In this document: in pieces, positions 19,680 to 29,776 of the stretch
Layout: each line of letters begins with the position of its first letter
Position numbering within the stretch: position 1 is the stretch's first letter
Assembly: GCA_965248195.1 (NCBI GenBank)
Contig: CBDFIQ010000002.1
Coordinates: 736,001 to 800,000, forward strand
From: Longimicrobiales bacterium
Lineage (GTDB): Bacteria > Gemmatimonadota > Gemmatimonadetes > Longimicrobiales > Gaopeijiaceae
Length of the DNA stretch: 64,000 bases
Direction: 5' to 3'
Program-made: the position numbers and the translations under genes
Notes under the pieces: model-generated
Seen by the model: only the letters and a program-made list of their open reading frames with translations
Databases searched by the model: none
Told to the model about the DNA's origin: nothing

Positions 19680-19828
19680 GGAGGAAGAAGCTATTGGTGG
19701 GGTGGCCGAGACCGCCAGGCGTTATATTCGGGCCTGTCCCGAAAGAAGGGCCGCGATGGGTTCCTGAGGCGGCCGCAGCGGGCCTTCTGGCGGAAGTCTG
19801 AGCCAAAAAAAATTCTTGCAAAGGTAGC

Positions 19829-22015
19829 ATGACCGAATACCGACCACCGTACCGGGAAGGGGCGCTGCTGGGGCTGGCCATCTTCGGCCTTTACGTCCTG
19901 ACGTTGGCGCCCACCACCGCTTGGTGGGACGCGAGCGAGTACATCACAACCGGGCACCTGCTGGGTATTCCTCACCCGCCCGGGAATCCTCTTTTCGTCA
20001 GTATTGCGCGGGTATGGAGCCTCTTGCTGGCCCCATTGGGTTTGCCCGTAGCGGTGCGGATCAACCTCCTGGCCGCCGCCACGAGTTCGGTGGCTACGTT
20101 TTTCTTCTTTCTGGTTGGACACCGGGTCTTGTCCACCGCGATCGAGAAGCGATGGATGCTCACGGTCGGCGCCGCATGCGGCGCAGTGATGGGGGCGACT
20201 GCCTACACCGTCTGGAACCAATCCACCGCGAACGAAAAGGTCTACACGGTGAGTGTGGCGGTGATCGCTGCCGTATCGTGGCTCGCACTGAGATGGTATG
20301 ACCGGCGGGGAGAGCCAGCGGGCGTCCGGGCCCTCCTGCTCGCCCTCTACCTCATGGTTTTGGGGGCGAGCAATCATCTCATGTCCGTACTCCCTGCTCC
20401 AGCTCTGGGTTTGTTCGTATTGCTGGCCGGCCCGGCTGTGTTGCTGACGCGGCGTTTTTGGGTGCGAGCTATTCCCCTGGTGGTGCTCGGAATTTCGTTC
20501 AATTTCTTCCTTCCGATTCGCGCGGCTCAGGACCCGATCATCAATGAAGGGAACCCAGTCTGCGAATCGGCGGCAAGTGCCGTGGTCGCGGTCTATACCA
20601 ACGGTAAAGCTGGGTGCCCGGCATTGGCCCAGTCACTCTCACGCGCACAGTACGCCAAGCCCCCACTCATGGACCGGCAGGCGCCGCTCGGGCATCAGTT
20701 TCTCAACTATTTTCAGTATTTCGATTGGCAGTGGGCCCGCGGCGCCGATTTGAGCGAAGTGCCCATGGGAGCCCGCCTACCGGCCACCATGCTGTTCGTG
20801 GCAATGGGTTTCATGGGCCTGCTCGTGTCGTGGCGCGCCGACCGGATGATTTTCACGTACCTAGCCGTCCTGACGCTCACACTCACGGTGGGCCTGGTCG
20901 TCTACCTCAACTTCGAGTACGGTTTTTCGTTGGCACGAGACATTGCCGACCCTACCGCCCACGAGGTTCGTGAGAGGGATTATTTCTTTGTGGCGAGCTT
21001 CATCTTCTGGGGCAATCTGGCCGGGATCGGTCTGGCCGGGTTCTGGTCGGCCCTCTCGGAACACTGGGGCGGGGGTGCCGCCTACCGCAGGGCGATGCCG
21101 GTCCTCTTGATCACCTTCATTCCGATGGCCTACAACTGGGAATGGGCGAGCCGGGCGGATGACTACGCCACGATCGACTGGGCCTACGACCTGCTCATGA
21201 GTGTGGAGCCGTACGGGATCCTCTTTACCAATGGGGACAATGACACCTTCCCTCTCTGGTATGCTCAAGAGATTGAAGGGGTGCGCAAGGATGTGACCGT
21301 CATCGTCCTCCAATACCTCCACACGGGCTGGTACCCACTGCAAATCAGGGACCAGACCGAGCCCGGCCGGCAGAGGCCGTTCGACGACCAATTCGCCGCG
21401 GGAATCTATTCGACCAACACTCCACTCCCGGATCAATCGGTCTCCCTGGCAACGGATGAGGTCTTGAATGACGTAAGAGCGGGCGCACTCCCAGCGGATC
21501 TCAGCTTGTCGCTCGATAGCGTGGTGGTCACCTACCCGTCGGGGTTCTACCTGGATCGTGCGGTCCGGATCGCCCTCAGCATGATCAACGACTCGGCCGG
21601 ACGGAGACCGATCTACTTCGCCAGTTCCGCAGGGCTCCTGCGATCGCTCGGCCTGGACCCTTGGGGAGTCCGGCATGGCATCGCGACCAAGCTCGTGATG
21701 CGGAATCTCGACGAAGACGCCCCCGATGGCTGGGTCGAGGGGAGCGAGCGTATGCGGGGAGAGTGGTTCGATTTGGAGCGGAATATGACGTTGGTGCGCG
21801 ATGTGTATCGTTACGGGGGACTCAAGGACCGCGAGCTCTGGCAGGATCGAAGCACCCTCAGTATCCCGACCCAGTTTCAGTTTTTGTTTGCCCAGTTGGC
21901 GGATGTCGCAGCTATCGAGGCCCGGCCCATCGAGGAGATCGCCGCACTTGCCGACGCCGCCGCCTCGATGCGGGTGACGGCGCTGGGGGGCGCCCGGTAT
22001 CTCGAGCGGCCGTGA
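19829..22015 (+). CDS. DUF2723 / TMEM260-like GT-C membrane glycosyltransferase
   Basis: Motifs 'LAPT.AWWDASEY', 'GIPHPPGNP', 'EVRERDYFF', 'LFTNGDNDTFPLWY.QE'; many TM segments. Confidence 0.88.
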   Translation: MTEYRPPYREGALLGLAIFGLYVLTLAPTTAWWDASEYITTGHLLGIPHPPGNPLFVSIARVWSLLLAPLGLPVAVRINLLAAATSSVATFFFFLVGHRVLSTAIEKRWMLTVGAACGAVMGATAYTVWNQSTANEKVYTVSVAVIAAVSWLALRWYDRRGEPAGVRALLLALYLMVLGASNHLMSVLPAPALGLFVLLAGPAVLLTRRFWVRAIPLVVLGISFNFFLPIRAAQDPIINEGNPVCESAASAVVAVYTNGKAGCPALAQSLSRAQYAKPPLMDRQAPLGHQFLNYFQYFDWQWARGADLSEVPMGARLPATMLFVAMGFMGLLVSWRADRMIFTYLAVLTLTLTVGLVVYLNFEYGFSLARDIADPTAHEVRERDYFFVASFIFWGNLAGIGLAGFWSALSEHWGGGAAYRRAMPVLLITFIPMAYNWEWASRADDYATIDWAYDLLMSVEPYGILFTNGDNDTFPLWYAQEIEGVRKDVTVIVLQYLHTGWYPLQIRDQTEPGRQRPFDDQFAAGIYSTNTPLPDQSVSLATDEVLNDVRAGALPADLSLSLDSVVVTYPSGFYLDRAVRIALSMINDSAGRRPIYFASSAGLLRSLGLDPWGVRHGIATKLVMRNLDEDAPDGWVEGSERMRGEWFDLERNMTLVRDVYRYGGLKDRELWQDRSTLSIPTQFQFLFAQLADVAAIEARPIEEIAALADAAASMRVTALGGARYLERP

Positions 22016-22132
22016 CGGCGGTAGCTCACCTGCCCTGAGCCTCCCCGGGCTTCCGGTTCGGGGAACCCGGGTCTGGCGCGGGGGTGCAATCCGGTCGAGA
22101 AACCGAGCCCGTTATCCCGGAGAGAGCCGACG

Positions 22133-23311
22133 TTGGCCGAGCGCGAAACACCCGAGCTGAAGTCTCCCGAGCTCAGTAGGTATGCGAGGCATCTGTCCTT
22201 GCCCGAGGTCGGCAAAGAGGGACAGCTGCGCCTCAAGGCTTCGCGGGTGCTGGTCGTGGGCGCCGGAGGACTCGGCTCGCCCCTCGCGCTCTATCTCGCC
22301 GCGGCTGGGATCGGCACACTGGGCCTCGTCGACTTCGACGAGGTCGACGCCACCAACTTGCAACGGCAGATTCTTCACGGCACCAAAGACGTAGGGCGGC
22401 CAAAGCTGGATTCGGCCAAGGAACGCTTGGCTGATGTGAACCCGAACGTGTCGGTTGTAATGCACGACGTCCGGTTAGACTCCAGCAATGCGCTGGAGAT
22501 CTTGGGCCCGTACGACATCGTGGCCGACGGAACCGACAACTTCCCCACGCGGTACCTCGTCAACGACGCCTGTGTGCTCCTGGGAAAGCCGAATGTCTAC
22601 GGATCGGTCTTCCGTTGGGAGGGGCAGGCGTCGGTGTTCGGGAGCGACGGGGGACCGTGTTACCGGTGTCTCTTTCAGGAGCCGCCCCCCGCGGGCTTGG
22701 TCCCGAACTGTGCGGAGGCTGGTGTGCTCGGCGTCTTGCCGGGGATTATCGGTTCGATTCAGGCCCTTGAAGTGATCAAGCTCCTGCTTGGACAAGGACA
22801 CACGCTCAGCGGACGGTTGCTGATCTTCGACGCGCTGGAGATGAGTTGGAGAGAGATGGCGGTCGCCAGGAACACGAACTGCCCGGTTTGTGGCGATGAG
22901 CCGACTCAAACCGGGCTCATCGACTATGAAGATTTCTGTGGGCTGAAGGCGCCCACTGCAGGAAAGGAGGAGGAAATGGTGACCCCTTTCGGTGAGGTCG
23001 GGGCCGTCGAGCTCAACGAGCGCTTGGCGTCTGCGGAGCCCCCGTTTCTGTTAGATGTTCGGCAACCACACGAGTGGGACATCGTGAACCTGGAGACGGA
23101 CGGGGCGGTCATGATTCCGCTCGCCGAACTTCAGGACCGTCTCGGGGAGCTTCCCACGGACCGAGAGATCGTTGTGTACTGCCGGACTGGAGCCCGCAGC
23201 GCAAACGCGGCTCACATGCTGGTGGAGGAGGGCTTTTCCGGCGTGTTCAACTTCGTGGGGGGGATCCACGCGTGGGTCGACGAAATCGACCCGAGCCTGC
23301 CCAAGTACTGA
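22133..23311 (+). CDS. moeB: Molybdopterin-synthase adenylyltransferase MoeB with C-terminal rhodanese domain (MoeZ-type)
   Basis: Motifs 'RYARHL.LPEVG', 'VVGAGGLGSP', 'NLQRQ', 'CYRCLF', 'CPVCG'; rhodanese 'YCRTGARS'. Confidence 0.92.
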   Translation: MAERETPELKSPELSRYARHLSLPEVGKEGQLRLKASRVLVVGAGGLGSPLALYLAAAGIGTLGLVDFDEVDATNLQRQILHGTKDVGRPKLDSAKERLADVNPNVSVVMHDVRLDSSNALEILGPYDIVADGTDNFPTRYLVNDACVLLGKPNVYGSVFRWEGQASVFGSDGGPCYRCLFQEPPPAGLVPNCAEAGVLGVLPGIIGSIQALEVIKLLLGQGHTLSGRLLIFDALEMSWREMAVARNTNCPVCGDEPTQTGLIDYEDFCGLKAPTAGKEEEMVTPFGEVGAVELNERLASAEPPFLLDVRQPHEWDIVNLETDGAVMIPLAELQDRLGELPTDREIVVYCRTGARSANAAHMLVEEGFSGVFNFVGGIHAWVDEIDPSLPKY

Positions 23312-24651
23312 CCGATCCGAAGCGGCCTCGGATCGTCGTGATCGGGGCGGGGTTCGGGGGGCTTTGGGCCGTGCGGCGGTTCGTCTCATCTGGGCTCGGG
23401 GTGACCCTGATCGACCGGAACAACTACCACACGTTTTTCCCTCTCCTGTACCAGGTCACCGCGGCCGAATTGGGACCGAGCGAGATCGCCTATCCGATCC
23501 GCAGTCTCTTCAGGAGGCATCCCCTCGTCGACTTTCGACGAGCCAAAGTCCATGGTATCGATCTCGACGCCCGGATCGTCAAGGCCGATGGGACTCGCCT
23601 GGAGTACGACTACCTGGTGATGGCACCAGGGAGTGTGCCGAACTACTTCGGGGTGGAGGGGGCGGCGCGTCATGCGTTCCCCCTTCGTACGATGGATGAC
23701 GCGGTTCCACTCCGCTACCACGTGTTGGACTGCTTCGAGCGGGCGGCCCAGACGGCGGACGTTTCCACGCGGAAATCTCTACTCCGCTTCGTGATCGTGG
23801 GTGGCGGGGCCACGGGCGTCGAGTATGCCGGGGCGCTCGCGGAGTTGATTTACGGACCGCTCCTGAATGACTTTGGTAGCATCGTGCGAGATGAGGTGGA
23901 CATACGGCTCCTAGAAGGCGGCGATAAGCTTCTAGCGGGCATGCCCCCGCGCCTGCAGGACTACGCCCGGGTTCGCCTCGAAGGGCGGGGCGTGCAGGTT
24001 CTCACAGAATCAGAGGTCGTGGAGGTGCTGTCCGACCGTGTGATGAGCCGCGTCACCGATGATACCACGCGACACGACGCCGCTACTGCGGTGAAGGGGA
24101 ATCCTGGTGATACCCCCACCCACACCGTGGTTTGGGCCGCAGGTGTCCAGGGCGATCCGGTGGTGGGCCGCTGGGGGCTGCCGGTCGGTCCGGCCGGCCG
24201 CGTGCCGGTGGAACCTACGCTTCAGGTGCCTGGACGTCCGGAGGTCTTCGTCGTGGGCGACCTCGCTTACCTGGAGACAGACGGGCAGGCGCTCCCGCAG
24301 GTCGCCCAGGTCGCTCTTCAGCAGGGGAGCCTGGCGGCCGAAAACGTGATCCGCATGATCGGCGGGCACACGCCCGCAGACTTTGCCTACAAAGATCTGG
24401 GCATGTTGGCGGTGATCGGCCGAAACGCCGCGGTGGCGCACGTGTGGGGGCGGTCATTCACCGGTTTCGCGGCCTGGACTCTGTGGCTGGTCGTTCACGT
24501 CGCCAAGCTCATTGGCTTTCGTAATCGTGCGCTCGTGCTTGTGAACTGGGCCTGGAACTACGTGTTCTATCGGCGGGCGGTGCGCTTGATTCTGCCGGAT
24601 GCCACCAGGGAAGCCCGCACACACGAGCCCCCGATGTCTCCTAGAAGCTGA
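23308..24651 (+). CDS. ndh: Type II NADH dehydrogenase
   Basis: Motifs 'VVIGAGFGG', 'PLLYQV', '[12 protein letters not shown]', 'QVAQVA.QQG', '[12 protein letters not shown]'; start uncertain, probably CTG overlapping the moeB stop. Confidence 0.88.
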   Translation: MTDPKRPRIVVIGAGFGGLWAVRRFVSSGLGVTLIDRNNYHTFFPLLYQVTAAELGPSEIAYPIRSLFRRHPLVDFRRAKVHGIDLDARIVKADGTRLEYDYLVMAPGSVPNYFGVEGAARHAFPLRTMDDAVPLRYHVLDCFERAAQTADVSTRKSLLRFVIVGGGATGVEYAGALAELIYGPLLNDFGSIVRDEVDIRLLEGGDKLLAGMPPRLQDYARVRLEGRGVQVLTESEVVEVLSDRVMSRVTDDTTRHDAATAVKGNPGDTPTHTVVWAAGVQGDPVVGRWGLPVGPAGRVPVEPTLQVPGRPEVFVVGDLAYLETDGQALPQVAQVALQQGSLAAENVIRMIGGHTPADFAYKDLGMLAVIGRNAAVAHVWGRSFTGFAAWTLWLVVHVAKLIGFRNRALVLVNWAWNYVFYRRAVRLILPDATREARTHEPPMSPRS

Positions 24652-26776
24652 CCAGATCGAGGATGGCCGCGAGTACGTCAGAGGGCTGGGGAAGGATCTC
24701 GTCTTCCAGCTGCGGCGCATACGCGACCCAGGTGTCCAGCGACGCTACTCGACGCACGGGCCCGTCCAGCCAGGGAAAGAGTTCGTCCGCGATGAGAGCG
24801 GCGATCTCCGAGCCGATCCCCCAAGACAACGAATCTTCGTGCGTAATGAGGACCTTGTTCGTTCTCTTCACGGAGTGAGCCACGGTGTCCATGTCGAGGG
24901 GCGAAAGTGTCCTCAAGTCGATGACCTCGCACTCGATTCCATGTTGTTCAGATGCGATCTTCGCGGCGTCCATGGAGCGTTTGACCAGCGCGCCACAGGT
25001 CACGACGGTGAGGTCCGATCCTTCCCTGATCCTGTTCGCTTTGCCCAGAGGGATCATGAAGTCCTTCCCCGGATACAGGCCCTTATTGTGAACCTGCCGA
25101 TATAGGTGCTTGTGCTCGAGGAAGATGACCGGGTCATCACAGCGGATGGCGGTTCTCAGAAGTCCGTTCGCCTCCAACGCGCTCGAGGGAAGCACGACTC
25201 GAAGACCCGGTGTATGAGTAAACAGTGTCTCCCCCGTCTGAGAGTGAAAGGGTCCTCCCCCCCTCAGGTAGCCGCCGTACGGGACCCTGATCACGACTGG
25301 TGCGGAATACCGCCCATGGGAGCGATAGCGGATGGTGGCCAGCTCGTTTCGAATTTGCTGGAACGCTGGCCAGATGTAGTCGAAGAACTGGATTTCGACT
25401 ACCGGCCGGAGGCCTCGCTGAGCCATGCCGATGGCCCGCCCGACGATGTTGGCTTCGGCTAGAGGCGCGTTGAAAACCCGGCTCCCACCGAATCGCCGCT
25501 GGAGCCCCTGCGTGACTTTGAACACTCCCCCCTTACCCTTCACCTCTTCGAGCGCTGCCTCCCGAGACACGTCGGCGATGTCCTGCCCGAAGAGGATCAT
25601 GCGGGGATCCCGCTCCATTTCATCCCGAAGACATGCGTTGAGCAAATCGACCATCGTGAGGGCGCGCTCGTCCCCGAATTCCGGCGAGTCCTCGGTGTCG
25701 AAGGATGGCGAGGTCGGATCGACCTCTTCGGAGTAGAGGTGGAGCAGAGCCGTCTCAGGCTCAGGCTGTGGGCGGGAGCTCGCTTCGACTGCGGCCGCCG
25801 CGACCTCGGTCTCGATCTCTTCTTCCAGGCTGTCGAGCTCCTCTGCGGTCGCCGCGCCGCGCTCCACCAGGAGATTCCGGGTCCGGAGGAGCGGGTCCCT
25901 GGTAGCCGCTTCTTTTAGCTCGGCGGCGGCCCGGTAGATCCGCTCGTCATCGGACAATGAATGGGAATAGGGACGTATCGTATGAGAGTGCACGAGGGCC
26001 GGGCCCCTTCTCAGCCGGCAGTGTCGGACGGCCTTGCCCGTCGCCTGGTGGCTGTCCAGCACGTCGGTGCCGTCGCACTCGATGATGAAGAGGTCGGGGA
26101 AACCGGATACGAGCTTGGAGATGCTTCCTCCCGCCGTGTTGACCTCGACCGGCACGGAGATCGCATATTCGTTGTCCTCGATGAGGAAAATCACGGGAAG
26201 CTTGAGATTGCACGCCGTGTTGAGGGCCTCCCAGAACTCACCCTCCGACGTCGCTCCCTCGCCGGAACAGACGAGGACCACCTCGTCCTCCTCGAAGTCA
26301 TCGATCCTGCCCCGTAGCTGGGGGATGAGCGAGATTCGGTATCCCGCCTCCGCGGCGCCGACCGCCTGAATGAACTGTGTCCCCGTGGGGGAGGACAACG
26401 TCACGATGTGAATCCCCGGATCCGAGAAGTGGGAGGGCATCTGCCGGCCGGCGCTGTTCGGATCGTCGCTGGCCCCGATCGCGCCGAGAAGGTGGTCCAA
26501 GGGGGTCTGCCCCAACGCCAGCACCAGCGCCCGATCCCGGTAGTAAGGGTGGAACCAGTCGTATCCAGGCCTCAAGTGGTCGGCCATCGCCACCTGCACC
26601 GCCTCGTGGCCAGCACAGGAGATCTGGAAGAAGGTCTTGTTCTGACGGTTTAGGCTGATTTCCCGGTCATCCACCCGCCGGGAGGTGACCATCGTTCGGT
26701 ACGCCTCGAGGAGCCACTCGGAGGATGGACCCTCCGGGTCCCGAGTTCGGGTGATCTCTTGCTCCTTGGTTGCCAT
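24641..26776 (-). CDS. 2-oxoacid dehydrogenase E1 with fused alpha and beta subunits (branched-chain type)
   Basis: TPP motif 'GEGATSEG…N'; 'HSLSDD'; beta-subunit 'GGVFKVT.GL', '[10 protein letters not shown]', 'FLEHK'. Confidence 0.9.
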   Translation of the reverse strand: MATKEQEITRTRDPEGPSSEWLLEAYRTMVTSRRVDDREISLNRQNKTFFQISCAGHEAVQVAMADHLRPGYDWFHPYYRDRALVLALGQTPLDHLLGAIGASDDPNSAGRQMPSHFSDPGIHIVTLSSPTGTQFIQAVGAAEAGYRISLIPQLRGRIDDFEEDEVVLVCSGEGATSEGEFWEALNTACNLKLPVIFLIEDNEYAISVPVEVNTAGGSISKLVSGFPDLFIIECDGTDVLDSHQATGKAVRHCRLRRGPALVHSHTIRPYSHSLSDDERIYRAAAELKEAATRDPLLRTRNLLVERGAATAEELDSLEEEIETEVAAAAVEASSRPQPEPETALLHLYSEEVDPTSPSFDTEDSPEFGDERALTMVDLLNACLRDEMERDPRMILFGQDIADVSREAALEEVKGKGGVFKVTQGLQRRFGGSRVFNAPLAEANIVGRAIGMAQRGLRPVVEIQFFDYIWPAFQQIRNELATIRYRSHGRYSAPVVIRVPYGGYLRGGGPFHSQTGETLFTHTPGLRVVLPSSALEANGLLRTAIRCDDPVIFLEHKHLYRQVHNKGLYPGKDFMIPLGKANRIREGSDLTVVTCGALVKRSMDAAKIASEQHGIECEVIDLRTLSPLDMDTVAHSVKRTNKVLITHEDSLSWGIGSEIAALIADELFPWLDGPVRRVASLDTWVAYAPQLEDEILPQPSDVLAAILDLVSF

Positions 26777-26847
26777 CTATTCCGAGTGGGGTTGGGGTCC
26801 GAGGGGCGTGGCCTTAAACATAGTAAAACCTACGTCCGACAGGAGCA

Positions 26848-28917
26848 CTACCCTCCTACACCGAGTTGCTCCGCCAATGCGCTGGCGTCGAAGACGGGCG
26901 CCTTGCACGCATAGCGCTCACAAACGTAGGCGGCCGGCACCGTACCACGATCGCGCCCCTCGATTACAGGCAGCCTGTGGGGGAGGCCCTCGCCCGGAGC
27001 GGTGCCCGCGATGGTTCGGTTCGGAAGGTACGGGCGCAATGCCGCTTGGAGCAGCTCGAGCGTGCGGGAATCGTCGCGCGGGCCCACAATGGCGATCTCC
27101 ACGGGGTCGGCCACAGTCCGGTCGAGCCCTCCGAGCAAGCGGCCAAACGCTCCGGGGAAGCGGGCCATGAGTCCGGCCTCTCGATCGAGGACTCGATCGG
27201 CGATGTTCCGATGGTGCTCCTCTCCGAAAAGGTGCGCGCTCCGAATCAGAAGCTCGACGGCCAGGGAATTTCCGGACGGAGTGGCGTTGTCCATGAGGTC
27301 CCGCGCCCGGACGGCCAGCACCTCGCCGTCCTTGGGGCCGTCATGGAAGATGCCGTCCGTGTCGTCCCAAAAGAGATCGACGACGCGCTCGGTAATCCAC
27401 GCGGCCTCGTCCAGCCACCGAGGCTCGAGCGTCGCCTCATACACGCTGAGGATCGCATTGCCCACCCCGGCGTAGTCCTCCAGGAAAGCATCGATCCGTG
27501 CCCTGCCGTCTTTGTACGATCGCCGGAGCCGCCCATCCTCACGCATGCTCCCTAGCAGAAAATCGAGCCCGCTCACGGCTGCCTCACGAAATCGCGGCTG
27601 ATTCAACGCACCACCCGCCTCGGCCAGCGCTCGGATCGCCATTCCGTTCCAGCTCGCGAGGATCTTCTCGTCGCGGAAAGGCGCCTCTCGAAGTTTTCGG
27701 GCCTCCAACAGGATATGCTTCGCCCCCTGAAGCAGCTCTCGCAAAGGCTCGAGGCTCATACCCTCCCGCTTGGCGACCGCTCCGAGGTCGTGGGCCAGGT
27801 GGAGGATGTTGCTATTCTCGAAGTTGCCCTCCTCACTGACGTCGTAACAGCGCATGAAAAGATCGGCCACCTCCTTGTCGAGCAGCGCGCTGACCTCAGA
27901 GGGCGTCCAGACATAAAACGTCCCCTCCTCCCCCTCTGAATCTGCATCCAACGCCGAGTAGAATCCCCCCTCGGGCGCGCGCATGTCCGTGAGAAGGTGG
28001 TCCAGCGTGCCTTCGGCAACCCTCCGGAGCTCGGGATCGCCGGTGACCTGATGGGCGTTCAGGTACAACCGTCCGAGCAGGGCGTTGTCATACAGCATTT
28101 TCTCGAAATGGGGAACCAGCCAGCGGGCGTCAACGGAGTATCGGTGGAAGCCACCTGCCAGTTGATCGTGGATCCCGCCGCGGGCCATCGCGCCAAGCGT
28201 TCGCGTGACCATTTCCAACGCCTCGGGGTCGCCGGTGCGCGAATGCACCCGGAGGGCGAACTCCAGCGTCACCGGCTGTGGAAATTTGGGTGCCCCACCG
28301 AACCCGCCGTAGCGGGGGTCGAAACGCGACGCGAGGAAGCCGAACGCGTGATCGAGCAGAGCAGCGCCGGCGATCGTTTCGCCTTCCTTCGTTACCGGCC
28401 CTTCCGCCCGCTCCGCCGAGCTCTTTTCCAGCAGCCCCTTCAACTCCCCGGCATTTTGGACGATCTCCTCCCTCCGCTCGCCATAGGCGCCCCGGATCGA
28501 CTCGAGGATTTGGCGAAAGGAGGGCATATTTGGCCGGGGCTCGGGCGGAAAGTACGTCCCTCCGAAGAAGGGCTCTCCATCCGACGTGAGGAACGCCGTG
28601 AGCGGCCATCCCCCCTGTCCGGTCATGGCCTGGACGGCCTTCATGTAGATAGAGTCGATGTCGGGACGCTCCTCACGGTCCACCTTGATGTTGACGAAGG
28701 ACTCGTTCATCAGCTCGGCGGTGGTCGAGTCCTCGAACGATTCCCGCTCCATGACGTGGCACCAATGGCAGGCGGAGTAACCGATCGACAGCAGGACCGG
28801 GACATCTCTGCGCCGGGCCTCGTCGAACGCTTCGGCGCCCCAGGGGCGCCAGTCGACGGGGTTTTCGGCGTGCTGGAGCAGGTAGGGACTGGACTCTTCA
28901 GCTAAGCGATTCGACAC
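26848..28917 (-). CDS. Thioredoxin-domain protein of the YyaL/SPATA20 family
   Basis: Motifs '[21 protein letters not shown]', '[12 protein letters not shown]', '[11 protein letters not shown]'. Confidence 0.92.
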   Translation of the reverse strand: MSNRLAEESSPYLLQHAENPVDWRPWGAEAFDEARRRDVPVLLSIGYSACHWCHVMERESFEDSTTAELMNESFVNIKVDREERPDIDSIYMKAVQAMTGQGGWPLTAFLTSDGEPFFGGTYFPPEPRPNMPSFRQILESIRGAYGERREEIVQNAGELKGLLEKSSAERAEGPVTKEGETIAGAALLDHAFGFLASRFDPRYGGFGGAPKFPQPVTLEFALRVHSRTGDPEALEMVTRTLGAMARGGIHDQLAGGFHRYSVDARWLVPHFEKMLYDNALLGRLYLNAHQVTGDPELRRVAEGTLDHLLTDMRAPEGGFYSALDADSEGEEGTFYVWTPSEVSALLDKEVADLFMRCYDVSEEGNFENSNILHLAHDLGAVAKREGMSLEPLRELLQGAKHILLEARKLREAPFRDEKILASWNGMAIRALAEAGGALNQPRFREAAVSGLDFLLGSMREDGRLRRSYKDGRARIDAFLEDYAGVGNAILSVYEATLEPRWLDEAAWITERVVDLFWDDTDGIFHDGPKDGEVLAVRARDLMDNATPSGNSLAVELLIRSAHLFGEEHHRNIADRVLDREAGLMARFPGAFGRLLGGLDRTVADPVEIAIVGPRDDSRTLELLQAALRPYLPNRTIAGTAPGEGLPHRLPVIEGRDRGTVPAAYVCERYACKAPVFDASALAEQLGVGG

Positions 28918-29087
28918 TAATTTTCTCCCTGGCGATCGAACTCAGTATCATAACTCGGGCGGTTCGCGGGGACCAATGAGGAGGTCTTTCGGGTGAAAAT
29001 GCGGATCCAATATCATTGAATTGCCTTGGGGCGGGGGCTAAATTCTTACCGCACATATATTTTGGGGGCTCTGCCCGGGAACCAACT

Positions 29088-29369
29088 GTGAGAAACGGTT
29101 TGGGATCGTTTTACGTAAGGTTGGCGAGAGTCGCCATCCGACGGCCGTGGCTCATTCCCGCCATGTTGGGGGCGACGTGGGCGTTCAGGTCGAACCGGTG
29201 GTACCGAAGACCGCCCTTTTTACCCTTACCGTCCAAGGCCTATATGAGATGGCGTATGGAGACGGCGTACGGACAAGACATCACGGACGTACCCTCGGGG
29301 GATCTAGAGCGTTACCTCCGGTGGGGGTCCGACATGCGTAGGCGCATGAAGGAACGTGGAAAGTGGTAA
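29088..29369 (+). CDS. Small basic hypothetical protein
   Basis: Operon position with 7-bp overlap into the next gene; 'WYRRPPFLPLP..Y..WRMETAYG' looks like a conserved motif; GTG start inferred. Confidence 0.6.
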   Translation: MRNGLGSFYVRLARVAIRRPWLIPAMLGATWAFRSNRWYRRPPFLPLPSKAYMRWRMETAYGQDITDVPSGDLERYLRWGSDMRRRMKERGKW

Positions 29370-29737
29370 CCAGGCTCATACTGCTGATCATCCTCGGCTT
29401 CGCGGCCGCGTTGTATTTTCCCGACAGCCGTCAGATGATGATCGACCTAACCATGCCCGTGATTCATCCCATGCTCGTCGGTTCGGCCGAGCGGGAAATG
29501 GATGCGTTGTCTCGAGCCGTGCGAAGGGAGGCCCGCGAGACGTACCAGCTTCCTCAGATACGCAGTTGGGATGCGTGGCTGGTGGCCAACTTCACCGATG
29601 ATGGCGCGACCGATCCGTGGGGCAAAACCTATTCTTACCGGGTTTGGCCCGATTCCTTCGCGATTCGATCGGATGGTCCAGATGGCGAGAGGGGAAACGG
29701 CGACGACCTCCGCACTTCTTGGCGCCGTCCTTTCTAG
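29363..29737 (+). CDS. Small membrane-anchored protein with T2SS GspG-like C-terminal motif
   Basis: N-terminal TM segment; 'DPWGKTYSY…IRSDGPDGERGNGDD'. Confidence 0.7.
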   Translation: MVTRLILLIILGFAAALYFPDSRQMMIDLTMPVIHPMLVGSAEREMDALSRAVRREARETYQLPQIRSWDAWLVANFTDDGATDPWGKTYSYRVWPDSFAIRSDGPDGERGNGDDLRTSWRRPF

Positions 29738-29776
29738 TATCCCCAACCCTCGATCGAGCCGAGCGCCGGCGCGCAC

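Noticed and set aside
22016..22132. Moco or TPP riboswitch upstream of moeB
   Set aside because: GC-rich inverted repeats are present, but I could not find the conserved aptamer motifs.
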